From the NCBI RefSeq assembly GCF_009914755.1, contig NC_060927.1: 64,000 nucleotides of DNA, one strand, 5' to 3'. This stretch comes from the human T2T-CHM13v2.0 reference genome, Homo sapiens. The notes under the pieces are model-generated. The model saw only the letters and a list, made by a program, of their open reading frames with translations, was not told the origin of the DNA and did no database searches. Every line of letters starts with the position of its first letter. Position 1 is the first letter of the stretch. Both the position numbers and the translations under genes were made by a program. Below, piece after piece: positions 31,245 through 50,639 of this stretch.

Positions 31245-33268
31245 CTGAAAGGGAAGAAAAGGGAGAGACAAGATTACACACTAGGCTTATAGGAAGCTTT
31301 CCTACAGAAGCACCTGCACTCACATACATTCATGCCCGAGCAAGGTTAACTACCAGTTTCCAGAAAGAAGAAAACACATCAATTAACTCCTTGGAGCTGG
31401 CTCTGGAGAATACTCCTGTTGCTTGGCAGTTGTATTCTCCCGGAGACCTTTTGCTCTCCTAAGGGCCTGGACACAGTTCCCCTGCTTCCTGCCTGGGAGG
31501 CGCTGAAGGGATCAAGCGAGTGCCATCTGAAGCTTCCCCCCATGCCACTTTAAATGGCTGCAAAGGGGCAGAGCTGACGGGAGCAGTGAGTAAGCCTCCA
31601 TGGCCCTTGGCCTCTGCTGTCCTTCAAGGATACGCACAGGCCTGCCTGACCCCAAGAGACCACTAGAAAGGCAGGCTAAGACCAGGCAAAAGTGAGAGAT
31701 GTATCTTTTCTGAAACACCTTAGTCACTCCCTTCAATCCTCAGAAGACCGACCACCAAGGCAGAGATAGTCACCCTAGATTCATGCCTCTGTAATTTCAG
31801 AATATAGTCTGCAAATTATATTCCCAAAAAGGTGCAGGCCAATTTGCAGCAATACAAGAGAAGTAGCTACCCATCCAGAGGCAGGAGGCCAGCGGGAGCA
31901 GTGTGACGCCCTGGAAGACAGCACTGTCTCTGATGAGGACCCTCTCTGCTTGACAATCTGCCTTCTCTGGCAGCACACGGACACATTAACACTTCTGGAA
32001 GGATCTGTTAAGGGGTGAAACTTAAGTGGTAGCAAAAAGGACCCTCAAGATGAGGTAGATACACCATGTCTGGCTGATCAAAATCAGAAAGAAACAGGGT
32101 ACCTAGCTTGTAGGGACTCTAATATTCGCTGAGTCAAAGAAAAGGAAAGTTCTCAGTGCCCAATTTGATTACTCGTAGCTCAGGAGGCTATGAAACCATT
32201 TTACCTAGGTCCCCCATAAAACAGACAAACCCTGAGCCCGTAAAACAGACAAACCCTGAGCTGGAGCCCTGCAAATGCCCCATGTGGTAAGGGGCAGCCA
32301 CTAGATGCAAAGAATCCCTCATCAGCCTTTTTCCAGTGCCTAAGAGAATCAACTCTTGGACAAACAGAGAGCAATCATGTTCCCAAACCTTCCTTCATTC
32401 ATTATCCCCAAACACAACTTCCTTTAGGAGGAAAACTGAAGTGGACAAAGGAAAACCAAGAAAAGCATGGCAATGATACAAAAAAGTCTGGAAGTAAGCA
32501 AAAGAAATGGCTGACAAAACCAGTGTTCCTGGGTCTAAGTGGGCACAAGAGTGGCCTGACTGTATTGGTGATGTATTGGTGAAGAGTAGGAAAACAAGAT
32601 GGAGATGGCAAAGAACTATTATCTAACACAGCTGAACAAAGCAAGCCTCAGCTCCTCTGCTGTAAGAGCTCCAGGAGGAAGTGTCACAGGAGGGTGTGGG
32701 GCCTCCTCCCCAGAGCCAAGTCCAGCACTGTGTCCCCACCCCATACCACAAACTTGCCTGGTCCCTGCGGCAGCATCCACAGCATCCCCCAGGACTCATG
32801 CTCTCCACAAGCCAACAATGCCAGACCCACCGGCCTGAGACCCTTCTGCCCAGCAGCTATGCAGCTCTTAAGAACTAAGAATCTTAACCACGCTGTAGCA
32901 CATCTAAGAACTGTAAATGCAGCTTAACGAGGTCACAGCACAATCTTCTTTAAGCAAGTAACTGTCAGGCTCAAGGTCTGAGAGAAAACCTCCAGGGCTT
33001 GGGCACCAACTCCCCTCTGGTGGTCAGACCATAGGACGCCTTTCTCTACCTTCCTTATCCTTTCCCCACCTTCCTTATCCTTTCCCCATTCTCCAAGTGT
33101 TGAAGTGACCCAATCCCAAACCCTGGTTAGGACCTCCCATTCTGAAAGGTCGCTAAGGCAGACAATCTAGGTATAATTAATCCCTGTAGTGTTTAACCTA
33201 TCGCTCTACAACATACAGGTTCTGGAGGCAGGGCTGACAAGCAGAGACACATAAAGATCTCAGAATCA

Positions 33269-33623
<355 letters not shown>

Positions 33624-34824
33624 TCAGGGAGTCCCTGCAGACTCCAGGGCCTACGTAAAGGTACGTGGGGGCGCATGGGTGTGGTTTTCTATAGTTTCTA
33701 TGGCTTTCACCCTATCCTAAAAGGGCTCTTCATAAGCCCAGTAAGGTTCAGAGCTACTGCTCTAAAGGATTAGTGTTAGGCAAAACCATGGGTGCTAAGA
33801 ATGCTCTCCTTGCTGACAGCAGCTGGCTCTTCTATGAAACACAGAAAGAGCCATGGAGTGTGCTCCAGATGCCACCTCTGCATCTCCACCTCAATTCTGA
33901 AGTCCACTCTGAGACGTCCTCAAGTTGTGATCCATTATTTTCACATCGTAAATATTCTCATAAAGTAACAACATTCTCACAACTGATAGAGTTAAAGTTT
34001 TCCAGATTACCTTTGGCTTGAAAGAAGGAATTTCCTCAACAGCTAAAAGAGGCAGTAATTGTACAGGCCAAATACAAACTGAGTGGCTTTATATTCAAAT
34101 TAAGAATGGAAAAATTAAAGTGATGCTCTCTTATTTTGGGAGCACCACCATCAGCTGGCCTGCTGTTTGCTGACCCTGCGAACCTGCCCTGCTAACTACT
34201 TGTAATTGAAAGGAGGTATAACTTGTTTCCCATGTCTCACTATTCACACGTGACAAAAACGTTCATTAAAACTTTGTCTGACCAGGCTTCGGCCTACTCC
34301 ACTGAATCACCTCAGCCTCCAAGTATGAAAAAACAGAAGTTGATGAACAGCAGATGAACATATAGAAGACACTCCCCTACCCTCCCACCCTCAAGCTTCC
34401 TCAAAATACAGCCTTGGTAAGAAGATTCATGTACAGCTGCAGAGCTAACAGCCTCTTTGAACTATTTGCTGATTTCTGCAGGATTCATTACCATAGTCAG
34501 GGGACAACTTGACTTCAGAAACCTAATGGGAAATAACTAGAAGAACTGGAGTTTGTTCCTCAAAATTTGGATTAAGAAAAAAAGGTAAATAAAAGGAAGT
34601 GAATAAACCAGAAGCCAAAGGGAAAATATTTTCCCCTTGGCTGTTAGGAGGGATTAGCCAAAGGGAGACAGGAAAGGGCTCCTCCACAAGAGGGCCTGCA
34701 TTTCTTTATAATTCACCCCAAAAAGAACAGCACCCCATGAGGGGCTGCTTCTGACTGATTCTAGCCATGCCTCTCGGCGGAGAGCTACACTTTGGCCTTT
34801 CATTCTAAGGCTAATCCTCTGAAG

Positions 34825-35342
<518 letters not shown>

Positions 35343-35562
35343 CTTGAAAGATAAGAAATGACAGCCATTTGGTTGGGTTCCACAGTCTGACAGGAGAGGA
35401 GGGCAGAGATGCAAAGGTGCTTTGCCTCAAGAGACCAGAGTAGTGAATCAAATTATGGGGCACAGAACCGTGGTATGGCTTGCCCTCTAAGTTGTATGGG
35501 CACAAAAGAAGGGATCTTGCCCTGGGTGCCAAGGCTCAGCCTGAACTCTGCCCTATACTTAC

Positions 35563-35815
35563 TGTCCCCCAGGATCAGTTCCACCTCCTCATCTGCATCA
35601 GAGTCTTCATCCTCCCCGTCCTCTCCCTCCTCTAGAAGGTTTGCTAGCTCCTCATCAGAGGGAGAGAAGTCATTGTCCCCATCTTCCCCTGCGTTCTCAT
35701 TATTGTCGTCCTCCTCCAACTCCGCCTCCAGCAACTGGTCAGTGTCAAGCTCATCTAAATCATCGGTGTCATCATCATCTTCATCATCATCTTCTTCCTC
35801 CTGTTCTTCCTCTTC
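35563..35815 (-). CDS. DCAF1: DCAF1 penultimate exon, acidic tail (EEEEQEEEDDD...EEVELILGD)
   Basis: cttaccag|GAA...GACA|gtaagt; 253 nt. Confidence 0.95.
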
Positions 35816-38304
35816 CTGGTAAGAAAGCGTAATGTTCATTAGTACAAACACAGAGGCCTGACCCATGGGGGCCACATGGCGGGTCGACCAAAGAGACAGG
35901 GTAGGAAACTGTCAGTAGAGGGTAGTAGTGATCTAGACGAGCACAGACTTCATGAGCCAGCCAGACTTGTCAGTGATGGCTGAGATAGGCACACATGTCC
36001 CTCAAGACGGTCAAAGCACCCCTCAGACAAGGATTAATGGTCACATAGCCCTTATGCAAGGAAACAGACAACTCGCTTCACAGAAGTCTCTGCCTTCAAT
36101 ATTCTAGGAGCCCAAGGGGACTCTTCTTTCTCACCTGCATCAACCAAAGCAAGTGAAATCAGCTGAGACACTAGAAAAAATCCTTTTACCTGGAATCTAA
36201 AATGCAATGCTTTAACAAAATGGAAGAACACAACTGCTCATTATCTCCTCAGCCCTTCAAGCTCTTGCCCTTGATCTTCTAACCAAGAATGTGGATAAGC
36301 TCCTAACTATGCTATCACAAACATTTGATCAGAACAACATTGCAACAAAAGACTTAAAATATAGAACACTAACAGAAACCCATATTTCCTGTCATAAGCC
36401 AAAAAGAAAAAAAAGTATGCTGGAGAAACTATCTTTCTTTCCATTCTTACAAGAACTTGCAAAGGCAAGAAAATTACCAGAACATCAATGAAATACTTTG
36501 TTCTAGGGACTCTGGGCTTTGTAAATGGTACATTCTGGCATCTGCCACAGATTTCAGGTTTGCATTAGAATCCCAACTGTTTCCCTTCAAAAGGGAGAGG
36601 ACACAAAGATACCTCTTTGCTTTGACAGGGATAAGAGGCATTTCCAAGTAAACGTAGCTGCCACTCAAGACACTTATCTTTCTGCTCAAACATCAACTGT
36701 CAGCCTTGCCAATAGCAAAGGATTCTAATTGTTACAATAATAAAATGTAAAATTCATTTAATACATCAACCTAATGAAATTCAAGATGGAATAAGCCCAA
36801 CGTAAGCACAAAAAAATTTTTTTTGTTCTTATTATTTTAAAACTTATACTCAGTGGTTACATCTTTTTTCATTTTGAAGGTGTTATTGCCTGCCAAGCAC
36901 TTAAAAAACAAGCATTTTGTGCTTACCCAGCCACTAGAAACCAGTGTGTAACATAAGCTAGGATCATTCAGCAGGGTAGCTCCGCTTTGTGGACTTCTGG
37001 TAATTTTGGAACCACCATTAGTGACTTTTTGATAAACTGTGTAATTCAGTAATTTAGACTCTTCAAAATTTCTGCCAGTTATGTTGGAAAAACTGAGCCC
37101 CTTTTAAATACCTAGTACTCCTAATACTTGTGCAAGTGCGTGTATGGTCTGTACCAGATTCGGTGGGAGCATTTGTGTATGTGCCAACACACACACACAT
37201 AGAAGGCCTGAGACTATTCCAAAGCCTTGGCCACACATCCCCTCCAGAGGTGAGTGGATAAATAACTACTAAGCATTCACCCGCCTCAAAGGAACTATGA
37301 GTGTCTGGAGTCAACAATGATAAACTGAAACACAGACAGGCTCTCAGCCCCTACAAGCACATAAGCTCATACAAATAACTGGGAAAGGAGAGCGGGGTCA
37401 AAATTCAGGGGATATCATCCAAGTGCTTACCAGATTACAACTTTTGCCTCTTTTTCCAGGCGTATTTTCATAGACTTGACCAAAATTAGCTAATCCACTA
37501 ACAAAGTGCCACAGTTAAAAATAAGTAAGGAAGAAAGTACCCAGGGCCCTGTGTCTTAAGGCTTCGTGGACAGAACACTTATATTTAAAATTTAAGATAG
37601 CACAACTAAAGGTCCACGGTTGAGTGTGTACATGAAAGGTTAAACTGCTCAAATAGGCATGGGCTAGCCAGAAAATTCATGAAGACAATTCTCTTTCATT
37701 TTGAAGAACATTGAGGCTTAGCTGTTCTAGAAGAACTGAACAAAAAGCTTCCATATCAAGAGCAATCCTGGAATATTTTCAAGCAGGGTCTAAGCTTTGA
37801 ACTAGATACCATTCCAAACTCTTCCAGCAGCAGACAAACCCAAATTTTACTTAATTTTATAGCAGAAGAAACAGATGTATATATATTCATCCCAGAAGGC
37901 CACAAACACATATGTGACCATGAGAGAGAGGAGGGGAAATTAGTAGGAAAGAGATCTACCTGAATCTCAAGTTGAGCACCTCACTTTGTCGTCTCTACTT
38001 TGTATTTAATGCCCAATGCTGATTTCTCACCATGCATTTTGTCACACATGGACATAGCCATAAACTCACTTTCCAAATTTTAAATCTGAAACTGGGATCA
38101 TGAAGCAGAGGCTCACAAGACTCATCCAAAATGCTGTGGCAGAACCCAAAAGAGATTCTAGGAAGCAATTTTAGGTGCATTCTCTGCTGGTCAAGTAACT
38201 GGTGGCATGAACCCCTCTCCTTCAGATCTAAAGAATAAAGCTTCCAATAATGAGTGGTCCAAAAAGTAAAAACTAAAAATAATTATTTAATGAAAAAGCA
38301 AAGC

Positions 38305-38824
<520 letters not shown>

Positions 38825-39321
38825 TTAGAAAATGTTTTGGATCCAGGGATATTGTTTTTTTTTTTAATTCTCTAAGACTTCTTTTAGGGCTTAGAGGAAT
38901 TCAGGGCCAGGCCATTTTAAATTAAGGTACTAATAAATTTCTCTACAGAAAGAATTCTAAAACTCTTCTCTCCTTAATTCCACCTACATCAATTTCATGG
39001 TTACCCAAAGCCCCCAAACCCTGCAGATAAACAACTCACCCCTTTCCTTTACAGAAAATAGGTCAACTGGCATAAGCTCCCTCCGCTGCTCTCTGGTCCC
39101 CTCTACATCTAAACCTGGCTTCAGCCCTGGTCTGAGGAGGAAGCATGCTACCCACTCCTGCTCTGGATCTCAACCAACCCTGAGACCCTGTTACCACAGA
39201 CACTTTTCTCATCCCCACCTCACCACCACCTTCACACTGGCTTCTCACTTTCTATGCCAAGAGGTTCAGTTCTCCCAAACCTAATAAGCTCTCCATCTAC
39301 ATAGGCTTCAGATGCCTTTTA

Positions 39322-39609
<288 letters not shown>

Positions 39610-40087
39610 CCGTCATTCAAATCTGATCCTGACCTTTATGTAACATGTCATATTTTGCTAAATGTATAAATGCCTACTTTTTAAAAAATACTTTTTCTGT
39701 CCTTAAAGGCTATAGGTTCACTTTAGGGTCATAAATGTTTGTTTTTCTTTCCTCAATGGCAGAATCTAACTCAAGTTACATTTCAATTCTTTAAGAAAAT
39801 GAGGCCTTTCAGGAATCAACACATTCAGCTCTGACCAGGTGTGTGTAATCAGTAAAGACTCTTAACATCCGCTTCTAGGCAGTGGAGAACACACAGGAAG
39901 CACAGCACACAGTGTGTCCCAGACTCCAAAATGGAGTGGAAAACAGAGAGCATTATTCCTTTGTTGAGTTTTTTATTATAAATTTAAGGTTAAGTATAAT
40001 TAGCTAAAATGTATTGGCTTGTCAAAATCTAGGAGCAATGATCAATTACTTATCTTGGGTTTTGTAACTTTTCTAAAAGTCAAATCA

Positions 40088-40525
<438 letters not shown>

Positions 40526-43299
40526 CTAGCAGCCTCAGGAACCAAATATTTATGGGTGTCCAATACATTGTTTAGGTTTTCATTCATCTAGATACAGCTA
40601 GCTGTACCTTTCATCCTTTCCTCTTAATCTCCAAGCTTATTTAAGCATAAGGACAAAGGACAAATATTTTATGGCATGTCAATTATATCTCGATAAAGCT
40701 CTTTATGCTGGACCATTTTATTAGATGACGGCTGACCATTCAGGCTTCTGAATTTATTTTGCTATAATGAAAAGGCAAATTCAAAGGTGTTGGTCACAGG
40801 TGCCTGTATCCCTGAGCCACATAAGTCATATCTGGAACATCTGAGAAGACCTGAGAACAGATATCTAGACTAGGACAAAACTTTGAATAGCAAATGATTC
40901 ATAGGAAAATGAAAAGTCTCTAGTTTTAAAATCAGGTGAAGCGTACAAAGCAAAGTAAAACTAGAGACTGGTTTTCCTACAAAGGAAAGTGAGTTTAAAA
41001 AAAATTCAAGCTGGCACACTGTGCATGAGAGGCAGTAGGCAGAAATCTGATGGAGATAGTAAAAACAGCCAAACTCCACCACAAGATTCTAGAAGGAGCA
41101 TGGATCAACAGAATTAAGGTTACAAAAGAGACCTACTCAAATAGATACGGTATTATCCCGTATCTCTAAATCAAACATCTCTAAATCAAAAATCAAAATG
41201 CCAAGGGCTTGAGGGGATAAGCAGTTCTCTAACAGAGGTCCTTCAAACATGAAATGCACCAGATGATCAATAAAAGCTGTAATATCAGTATGGAGTGAAA
41301 CATGCCTAGATCCTAAGAAATCTGGAAGCCACAGTAATAACTTAGCCATGTTGCACACCTACCCTGCCACCTAGTCTTCTCTGAGCTAGAAAGCTTTCCG
41401 GCTCTTCTACAGGCTGGGCTCCAGAGCCACTCCTTAGAGCCCTCTTGACCCTGCCCCTCTCACTCTTGGCTGTCACGCTGAGGCAGCCTCTTGCTTTCCT
41501 TCCTGCATCCAAGTCAAAAGTCCTGACCACTACCATATGCCCTTCCTAATCTCTTTCTCCCTTAACTTCTCAGAAGTTAAGCAGGACAAAAGAAGAAGAA
41601 TTAGTCAGTCTTTTCCCTGACCCAAGCCTTCCTGGAGAGAGTGGGATAAGAGGAGTATAACTCTTAAATTATTCCCTTATGGTGGCCTCTCGCTTCCACA
41701 GCCAGCCACCAACCTCCAGTGCCTTTGCCTCTCACCACTCCATGTCTGCAAGAATAAGGCGAACCCAGAGAATAGCCTTCCAACTCCCAAGGTGTCTAGG
41801 GCAATCTCAACTTTCCTCTGAGTTGACCTCCCCCTCAAAGACAGACACCAGGCATCACATGGACCCAGGTGATGGTTCCCAGAGAAGACTGCCGCCCACT
41901 GCCTTATTAAATGCACGGATATGGGAGGGCTGGGATAATGATGTTGACAAACAATCCAGTTTTGGCCTCAGATTTATGCTTCAACATGTAACATCCAAGA
42001 AGCCTGATTCAGAACTGATACTTGGTAGTGATGAATAAACCCACGGAGGACAAAGCAGTCGACAGCCACCCATACCATTGTAATGTACGCGCAAATGGCC
42101 TGACAACTGCACCCTCTGTATGGACTCAAGAATAAACTACATCTTGTTTCATGATAGCTAATGTGAAAAAGTAGGCATTAAGGGAGTGAGGTGTCTAAGG
42201 TAGCAAACTGAAGTGAGAATAAAAGAACAGGCAGTATTAAGAAACCCACTCAAGGCAACCACATGAAATTTGGAGGACCTAATACCAAGCTCTGCTACCC
42301 AGAAAGACTAGAAACATGTACAAGCTGTAACAGCACAGCACTCAAGAAAACACTAAAATCCATGTCACAAATAAATCAAAGATTTCAAGTATCCACTGGA
42401 AAACCTCTCCCTTCTACCCATATCTCATAACTCACATGAGCTTTAGACACTGCTGGCTCCTCTCACCCATGAAACCAAGGCCCCTATAGAGCCCATATAG
42501 CTGGAAAGCAGTAAAGGAAAGCCTTTCTACACTAGCAGATCCTTGGCAGCATTTGGTGAAGTTGTTTCAAACTCTACAGCCTAATTATCCTTTACCAGGC
42601 CCTGAGGAAGGCTCTGCTCTGATCCCACCATGGCCACCAGCTGCCCACCACACAAGAGTCTCCTCACTCTGCTCAGAAGCCCATTTCTGCAGATCACGAA
42701 TCATCTCGGGCCTCTAATAAAATGCATGCTTAGACAGTCAAAACAGTGAAGACCAAGAGAGCACACACAGGGGATTTTAGGTTGAGTCTCTGTTCTAGCT
42801 TTTTTACCCAGGTGTATCTGATCCAGGTATACTGTGTCATCTTTGATGTACAGGTGATGCAGTATTCAAAGGATTTGATTTACAGAACAAATGATATGCT
42901 CATATCCTGTAATGGCCAACAGTAAAACACATAGCTAAATCTCAAACTAGCTAAATCTCAACAAAACACTCTTGCTTAGTCAGTACTAAGTCCCATTAGA
43001 GAAAAACATGGGTCCTTTGCCCTAGTATTAGACTTACATCCTTACAAAATTACCATTTTCAAATATTACCATTTTCAAAAATTCTTGCTTTTAAAGAATT
43101 ATTTTAAATGTAAGTACAAGCTGTTTTGAAAGGACGCTAAGAGAAAGCTATTACATTAGCCCTAACCATTGAGCATGATTTATCAAAAAGTAGGGAAGGA
43201 TGAGGGCAAGAGAGCTGTGGCAATGCAAACTGAGGGAAGTGTACTTTCCCCGGTCCTGTGATGCCACTGCTTCTCATCCAGAGCACCTCTGTGCCCTTA

Positions 43300-43640
<341 letters not shown>

Positions 43641-44263
43641 CTAAAGAATACGATAGTAGGGGGAAACAGAAATGAACCCAAGAACTGGGGAAGAAAACAT
43701 TTTTAGCTGCTTTAATATCTGAAGAGCAAAGTCAAATCCTAGTCATTCATTTTCAACTTTACAGTACTCACTCAGCAATAAATATTTCTCAGAAAATTAG
43801 ACAAAAGAATCTGCCCTGGAGAATGTACTCTTGGAAAGAGAATGTGCTGTGAGCCCTGTAGGCTGGAAAAAATCTGCTGAAACTCAGAAGTTTGAGAAAC
43901 TCTTCAGAACCCATACTGACACACCACACAGGCAAGCACCTAGCGTAATACAACCACAAATTAAAATTCCCTATGAAAGCAAAATGCAAAGACTGAGGGA
44001 CATGATACTATCTACCCACATTTTATATATGTTTAATTTCTCAAAAGTATCAAAATCTTATCTTACCTATAAGTTCAACTCTTACCCTAATAATAGACTA
44101 TGCCATAAAACTGAGAAAATATAAACCAGAACTTTATAAAGGTTAAGCCATTTCTACAGTCCATCTCAGCAAAGTGATTGTTCTGTTTTTTATTGACATT
44201 GGGAGATGCTTATCTGAAGCCAGAACGGGGCACAAAGAAATCTCTGAATGAAAATCAGAGATT

Positions 44264-44587
<324 letters not shown>

Positions 44588-44819
44588 CTAAGCTTTAAAT
44601 TGCTCTGCAAATGGAATTCACGGGATCATCAGGTACTGGTTAAAATCTTATAATAAAATTTCTTCTGAGTTTCAGTGATCAAGGGTACATGACAAGCCTT
44701 ATGAATGTGGCAACAGGTAGCAAAGGTTGAGTAGACCTTTAAAACCTCCTACAGCAAAAAGCAGAGCATAACCTCTATTAAGCACTGTTCAGCAGAAAGA
44801 AATCTCAAAGACCACTGAC

Positions 44820-44921
44820 CTGGTCCTCCTCTTCATCCTCATCCTCTGCCAGACGCTGCCTGCCCACTTCATACAGCCTGCATACTGTGTCCATGTTCAG
44901 GGCATCCATGCTGCCTTGATT
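44820..44921 (-). CDS. DCAF1: DCAF1 exon ([34 protein letters not shown])
   Basis: tttcag|AAT...CAG|gtcagt; 102 nt. Confidence 0.95.
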
Positions 44922-45433
44922 CTGAAATAGAACATCCAGTCCATAAGGAGCAGTTACTTTTCAGAAGGTCCACATCCACGCCTCAGCCCTGACTGGTGCC
45001 CATGACCTTGACCCTGTAATTATTAAAGCTTCTGATACCCGAAATTCTTGAGCTGACTATGAAAATGTTATACCTAGGACACATAAAGGGGAAGAAAAAC
45101 AGAATGAAAAGACTTGGTGAGGAACCATCACCCTTGGAACAAACCAGTCTTGCTCTGGTGAGAGATCCAGATTCCTCTGAGAAAGGGATGACAGTGTGAG
45201 TCCAGAAAAAAAGGAGACAGGATCCTCTAAGCTGTCTTATATTGGGATTTTCTTACTATTTCTCTTTGTACTGTACATCTCCCAAGCCCCATCAAATGAA
45301 TAGGTTATCAATAATCTACCTTCAGGAATGTATTGACTTTACATCTTATATCAGACAAAATGTCTGTAGTACAACTTGAAAATTATCCTAAACATCAGAA
45401 CAAAAGAGCAGGGCCTCTGCAAGCTCCCTTTAC

Positions 45434-45507
45434 CTCAATGACAGCAAGATAGCAGTCTTTGGTGTCTGTACACAGGTCAAAGATGTTCCGTTTCACATCA
45501 ATGGTTG
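45434..45507 (-). CDS. DCAF1: DCAF1 exon ([25 protein letters not shown])
   Basis: ttccag|CA...GAG|gtaaag; 74 nt. Confidence 0.95.
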
Positions 45508-45576
45508 CTGGAAAATAGAATGTGAGAAGATTGGGATTGGACTATTGCTGTGACCCTAAAACCTGCTTTTCCTCTA

Positions 45577-45909
<333 letters not shown>

Positions 45910-46337
45910 TCAAAACAATCTACTTGCATATAGGTTTACATACAAATTCCCTTGTACAGAAATCTACTCTGCATCTAGTTAGCTCCTCTCAGAGCATCTT
46001 CCTTGCATATCCCACCTATTGTGACAAATAATATCCTCAGCCTCTCATCTACCTCCAAGAAGTGTTACTGTACTTACAAGGCTTATAACAACACAAGAGG
46101 ACAAATGCAAAAGCTCTTAAGTTCATAATGATACACTGGAAAATACTGCATGAAATTTCTTTCCATACAAGATTTCCTTGTTATCTTCAAAGTAAGCTGC
46201 CTTTCACCCTAAACCAACATTATTTTCATATCTTTTGTCACCATTCATACTATCAATTTTTTATCTTTTATGTTACAACTCTCAAATGCTTTCCAATTCA
46301 CAAGTGAGAGATGGTTCCAAAAAGAAGTATCAAATTA

Positions 46338-47412
<1,075 letters not shown>

Positions 47413-47651
47413 TCAATGATTACCACAGAATACTGCCTCCCAAAGTGCTGGGATTACAGGCGTGAGCCACCGCACCCGGCCAGGCACCTCTTTTTCTCGG
47501 GGTTCCATTCTGCCTTACTGGCCATTATATTTGATTTCCTTCCCAAGTTCCTCATTTGGCAACTCCTAAACACATGCCAGGGTTCTATACCCACAACTCT
47601 TCTCTAGTCCCCTTGATGATCTCATATAAGTTCATGGCTGTAAATACTATC

Positions 47652-47957
47652 AGCTGGGGACAGTGACTCATGCCTGCAATGCCAACATTTTGGGACACCA
47701 AGAAAAGTGGATCACTTGAGCCCAGGAGTTCGAGACCAGCCTGGGCAACGTTGGGGAAATGCCGTCTCTACAAAAATACAAAAAAATTAGCCAGGTGTGA
47801 TGGTGCTCGCCTGTAGTCCCAGCTACTCAGGAGGCTGAGGTAAGAGGATTGCTTGAGTCCAGGCAGTCAAGGCTGTGGTGAGCTGTGATTGTGCCACTGC
47901 ACTGCAGCCTGGGTGACAGAACAAGACCCTGTCTCAAAAATAAATAAATAAATAAAT
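47652..47957 (+). mobile_element. AluJ
   Basis: Diverged Alu with a (TAAA)n tail. Confidence 0.9.
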
Positions 47958-48024
47958 ACTGTCAATATGTGGACAAGTCCCATATTTATATTTCCCAACC
48001 CACACCTCTCTCTTGAACTCCCAA

Positions 48025-48324
48025 TTTTTTGTTGTTTTTATTTTCAGAGACAGGGTCTCACTTGGTTACTCAGGCTGGAGTACAGTGACATAATCATAGC
48101 TCACAGCAGCCTCCAACTCATGGGCTCAAGCAACCCTCCCGTCTCAGCTTCCTGAGTAGCTGGGACTATAGGTCCCAAGCCCACCAAGCTCAGCCAATTT
48201 TGTTTATTTTTTGTAGAGATGGGGGGAGTCTCTCTATGTTGCCCAGGCTGGTCTCGAACTCCTGGCCTCCCACCTCAGCCTCCCAAAGTGCTGGGATTAC
48301 AGGCAGAAGCCACTAAGTCTGGCC
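48025..48324 (-). mobile_element. AluJ
   Basis: Reverse diverged Alu. Confidence 0.88.
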
Positions 48325-49227
48325 AGCTCCCAACTTTTGTATTCAATCCCCATTCTCTACTTGAATGTCTAAGAGAATCTCAAATTTCATGTGTCCAAAA
48401 TCCCAGGGCCAAGGTCCTCCATTTCTCATAGCCTCTACCATGCCTACCCAGGCCCAAACCCACAGCTCCTCTCATGTGTCAGGTGGTACAACACCCTCTG
48501 ACCTGGAAGGCTGCTCTTGCTTCTCTCACAAAAACCAGAGTCACACTTCAGGAACTTTACATCCACTCATGTATCCTCTACTCACCCACCAGTGTCTTCA
48601 TCTCACTCAAAAAAAAAGCTAAAGGCCCTAACTACCACCTACAAGATGCTACCAGATACAGGCCCCTCACTGACCTCAGCTCTCCTCCCACCTCCCAAGC
48701 AAGGGCTTTTCCCTTGCCATTTCCTGTGCCTTACGCTGTTCCTCCAGGTATCTTCCTGAATCTCGCGTTTCCTTCAAGGCTCTGCTTAAACATTACCCCA
48801 TCAGTGATGCTGTCTACCCTAGATAAAAGAGAAGTCCCCCACACCACCACCAAGCATTTCCTACCTCTTACCCTGCTTTCATTTTCTCTGAAACACTTAC
48901 CACCTAAATTTACCGTATATTTGCTTCTTTATTGTCTCCCCAATGAGGGTCCATAAAGGCAGGGGTTTCATTTCTAATCTAAAACTTACTAAGAATTCAA
49001 AAATATCTGTGGTGCTAATGACATCTTTCTCAATGTCACATTTAGCCCTTATACATTTTTCCCATACAGCTCAGAACTATATTATCATACTTTTAGATTC
49101 TAACTAGAAGGAATATCACTGATTTCTAGTTGCCCAAAGGACTTAGGTCCTCACATTCTATCAAGAAGATTTCAGTATGAACAAATGGGTATGATCAGCT
49201 TGAAAACAGTGGTTCTTAAGTACTTAC

Positions 49228-49312
49228 GTGGGCAATGTCTCCTTTTGTGCCGATGACCCGATCCTGGGAGTGCTTACTGAACTCAACATAGTGATCTTCT
49301 GTGAAGGAATGC
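49228..49312 (-). CDS. DCAF1: DCAF1 exon ([28 protein letters not shown])
   Basis: ccatag|G...CAC|gtaagt; 85 nt. Confidence 0.95.
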
Positions 49313-49576
49313 CTATGGACAAACAACAGGAGCACTGAAGTGACAGATCTTCAGGACATATTCCTGCAACCAACTGAAACACAGGTGACCCCCAGCCTCT
49401 TGCACAATCACACTCACCTAAAGATCCTGGACTCCCAAAGAGGAAACAATCATACACTTAGATTACAAAGAAAATTCCTTCTATCACCTTAACCAAGCAG
49501 ATACAAAATAATGAATGGGAATTCCTTAGAGAAATGACAAACAGGGCACATGTGCCTTTGAAACACGCAGCAAAGG

Positions 49577-50366
<790 letters not shown>

Positions 50367-50534
50367 TCATAAAAGTATCTAGGAATTAAGAAAGATAAAG
50401 TCTTATTAAACATGAGTCTTAGATGAGGAAGAGAGAAGTTAACAATAACCGACAGCATCCTCTTTCCCCAAAAGGCTTCCAGTCTAAGAACCAAATGAAG
50501 GGGGGTATAAACTAGGTAAATAAAGCACAGACTA

Positions 50535-50639
<105 letters not shown>

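Larger units (their letters stand above)
47490..49000 (+). mobile_element. Degraded L2 3' region interrupted by two Alus
   Basis: L2-like phrases (CTCTACTTGAATGTCTAA...CTCAAA, TTTATTGTCTCCC...TCCATAAAGGCAGGG). Extent is approximate. Confidence 0.6.

Noticed and set aside
36135-36170. Possible 36-nt poison exon in DCAF1 (- strand; ttttctag|TGTCTCAGCTGA...CAG|gtgaga)
   Set aside because: Good donor but a short, purine-interrupted acceptor; cannot be told from a pseudo-exon without NMD-inhibited RNA-seq.
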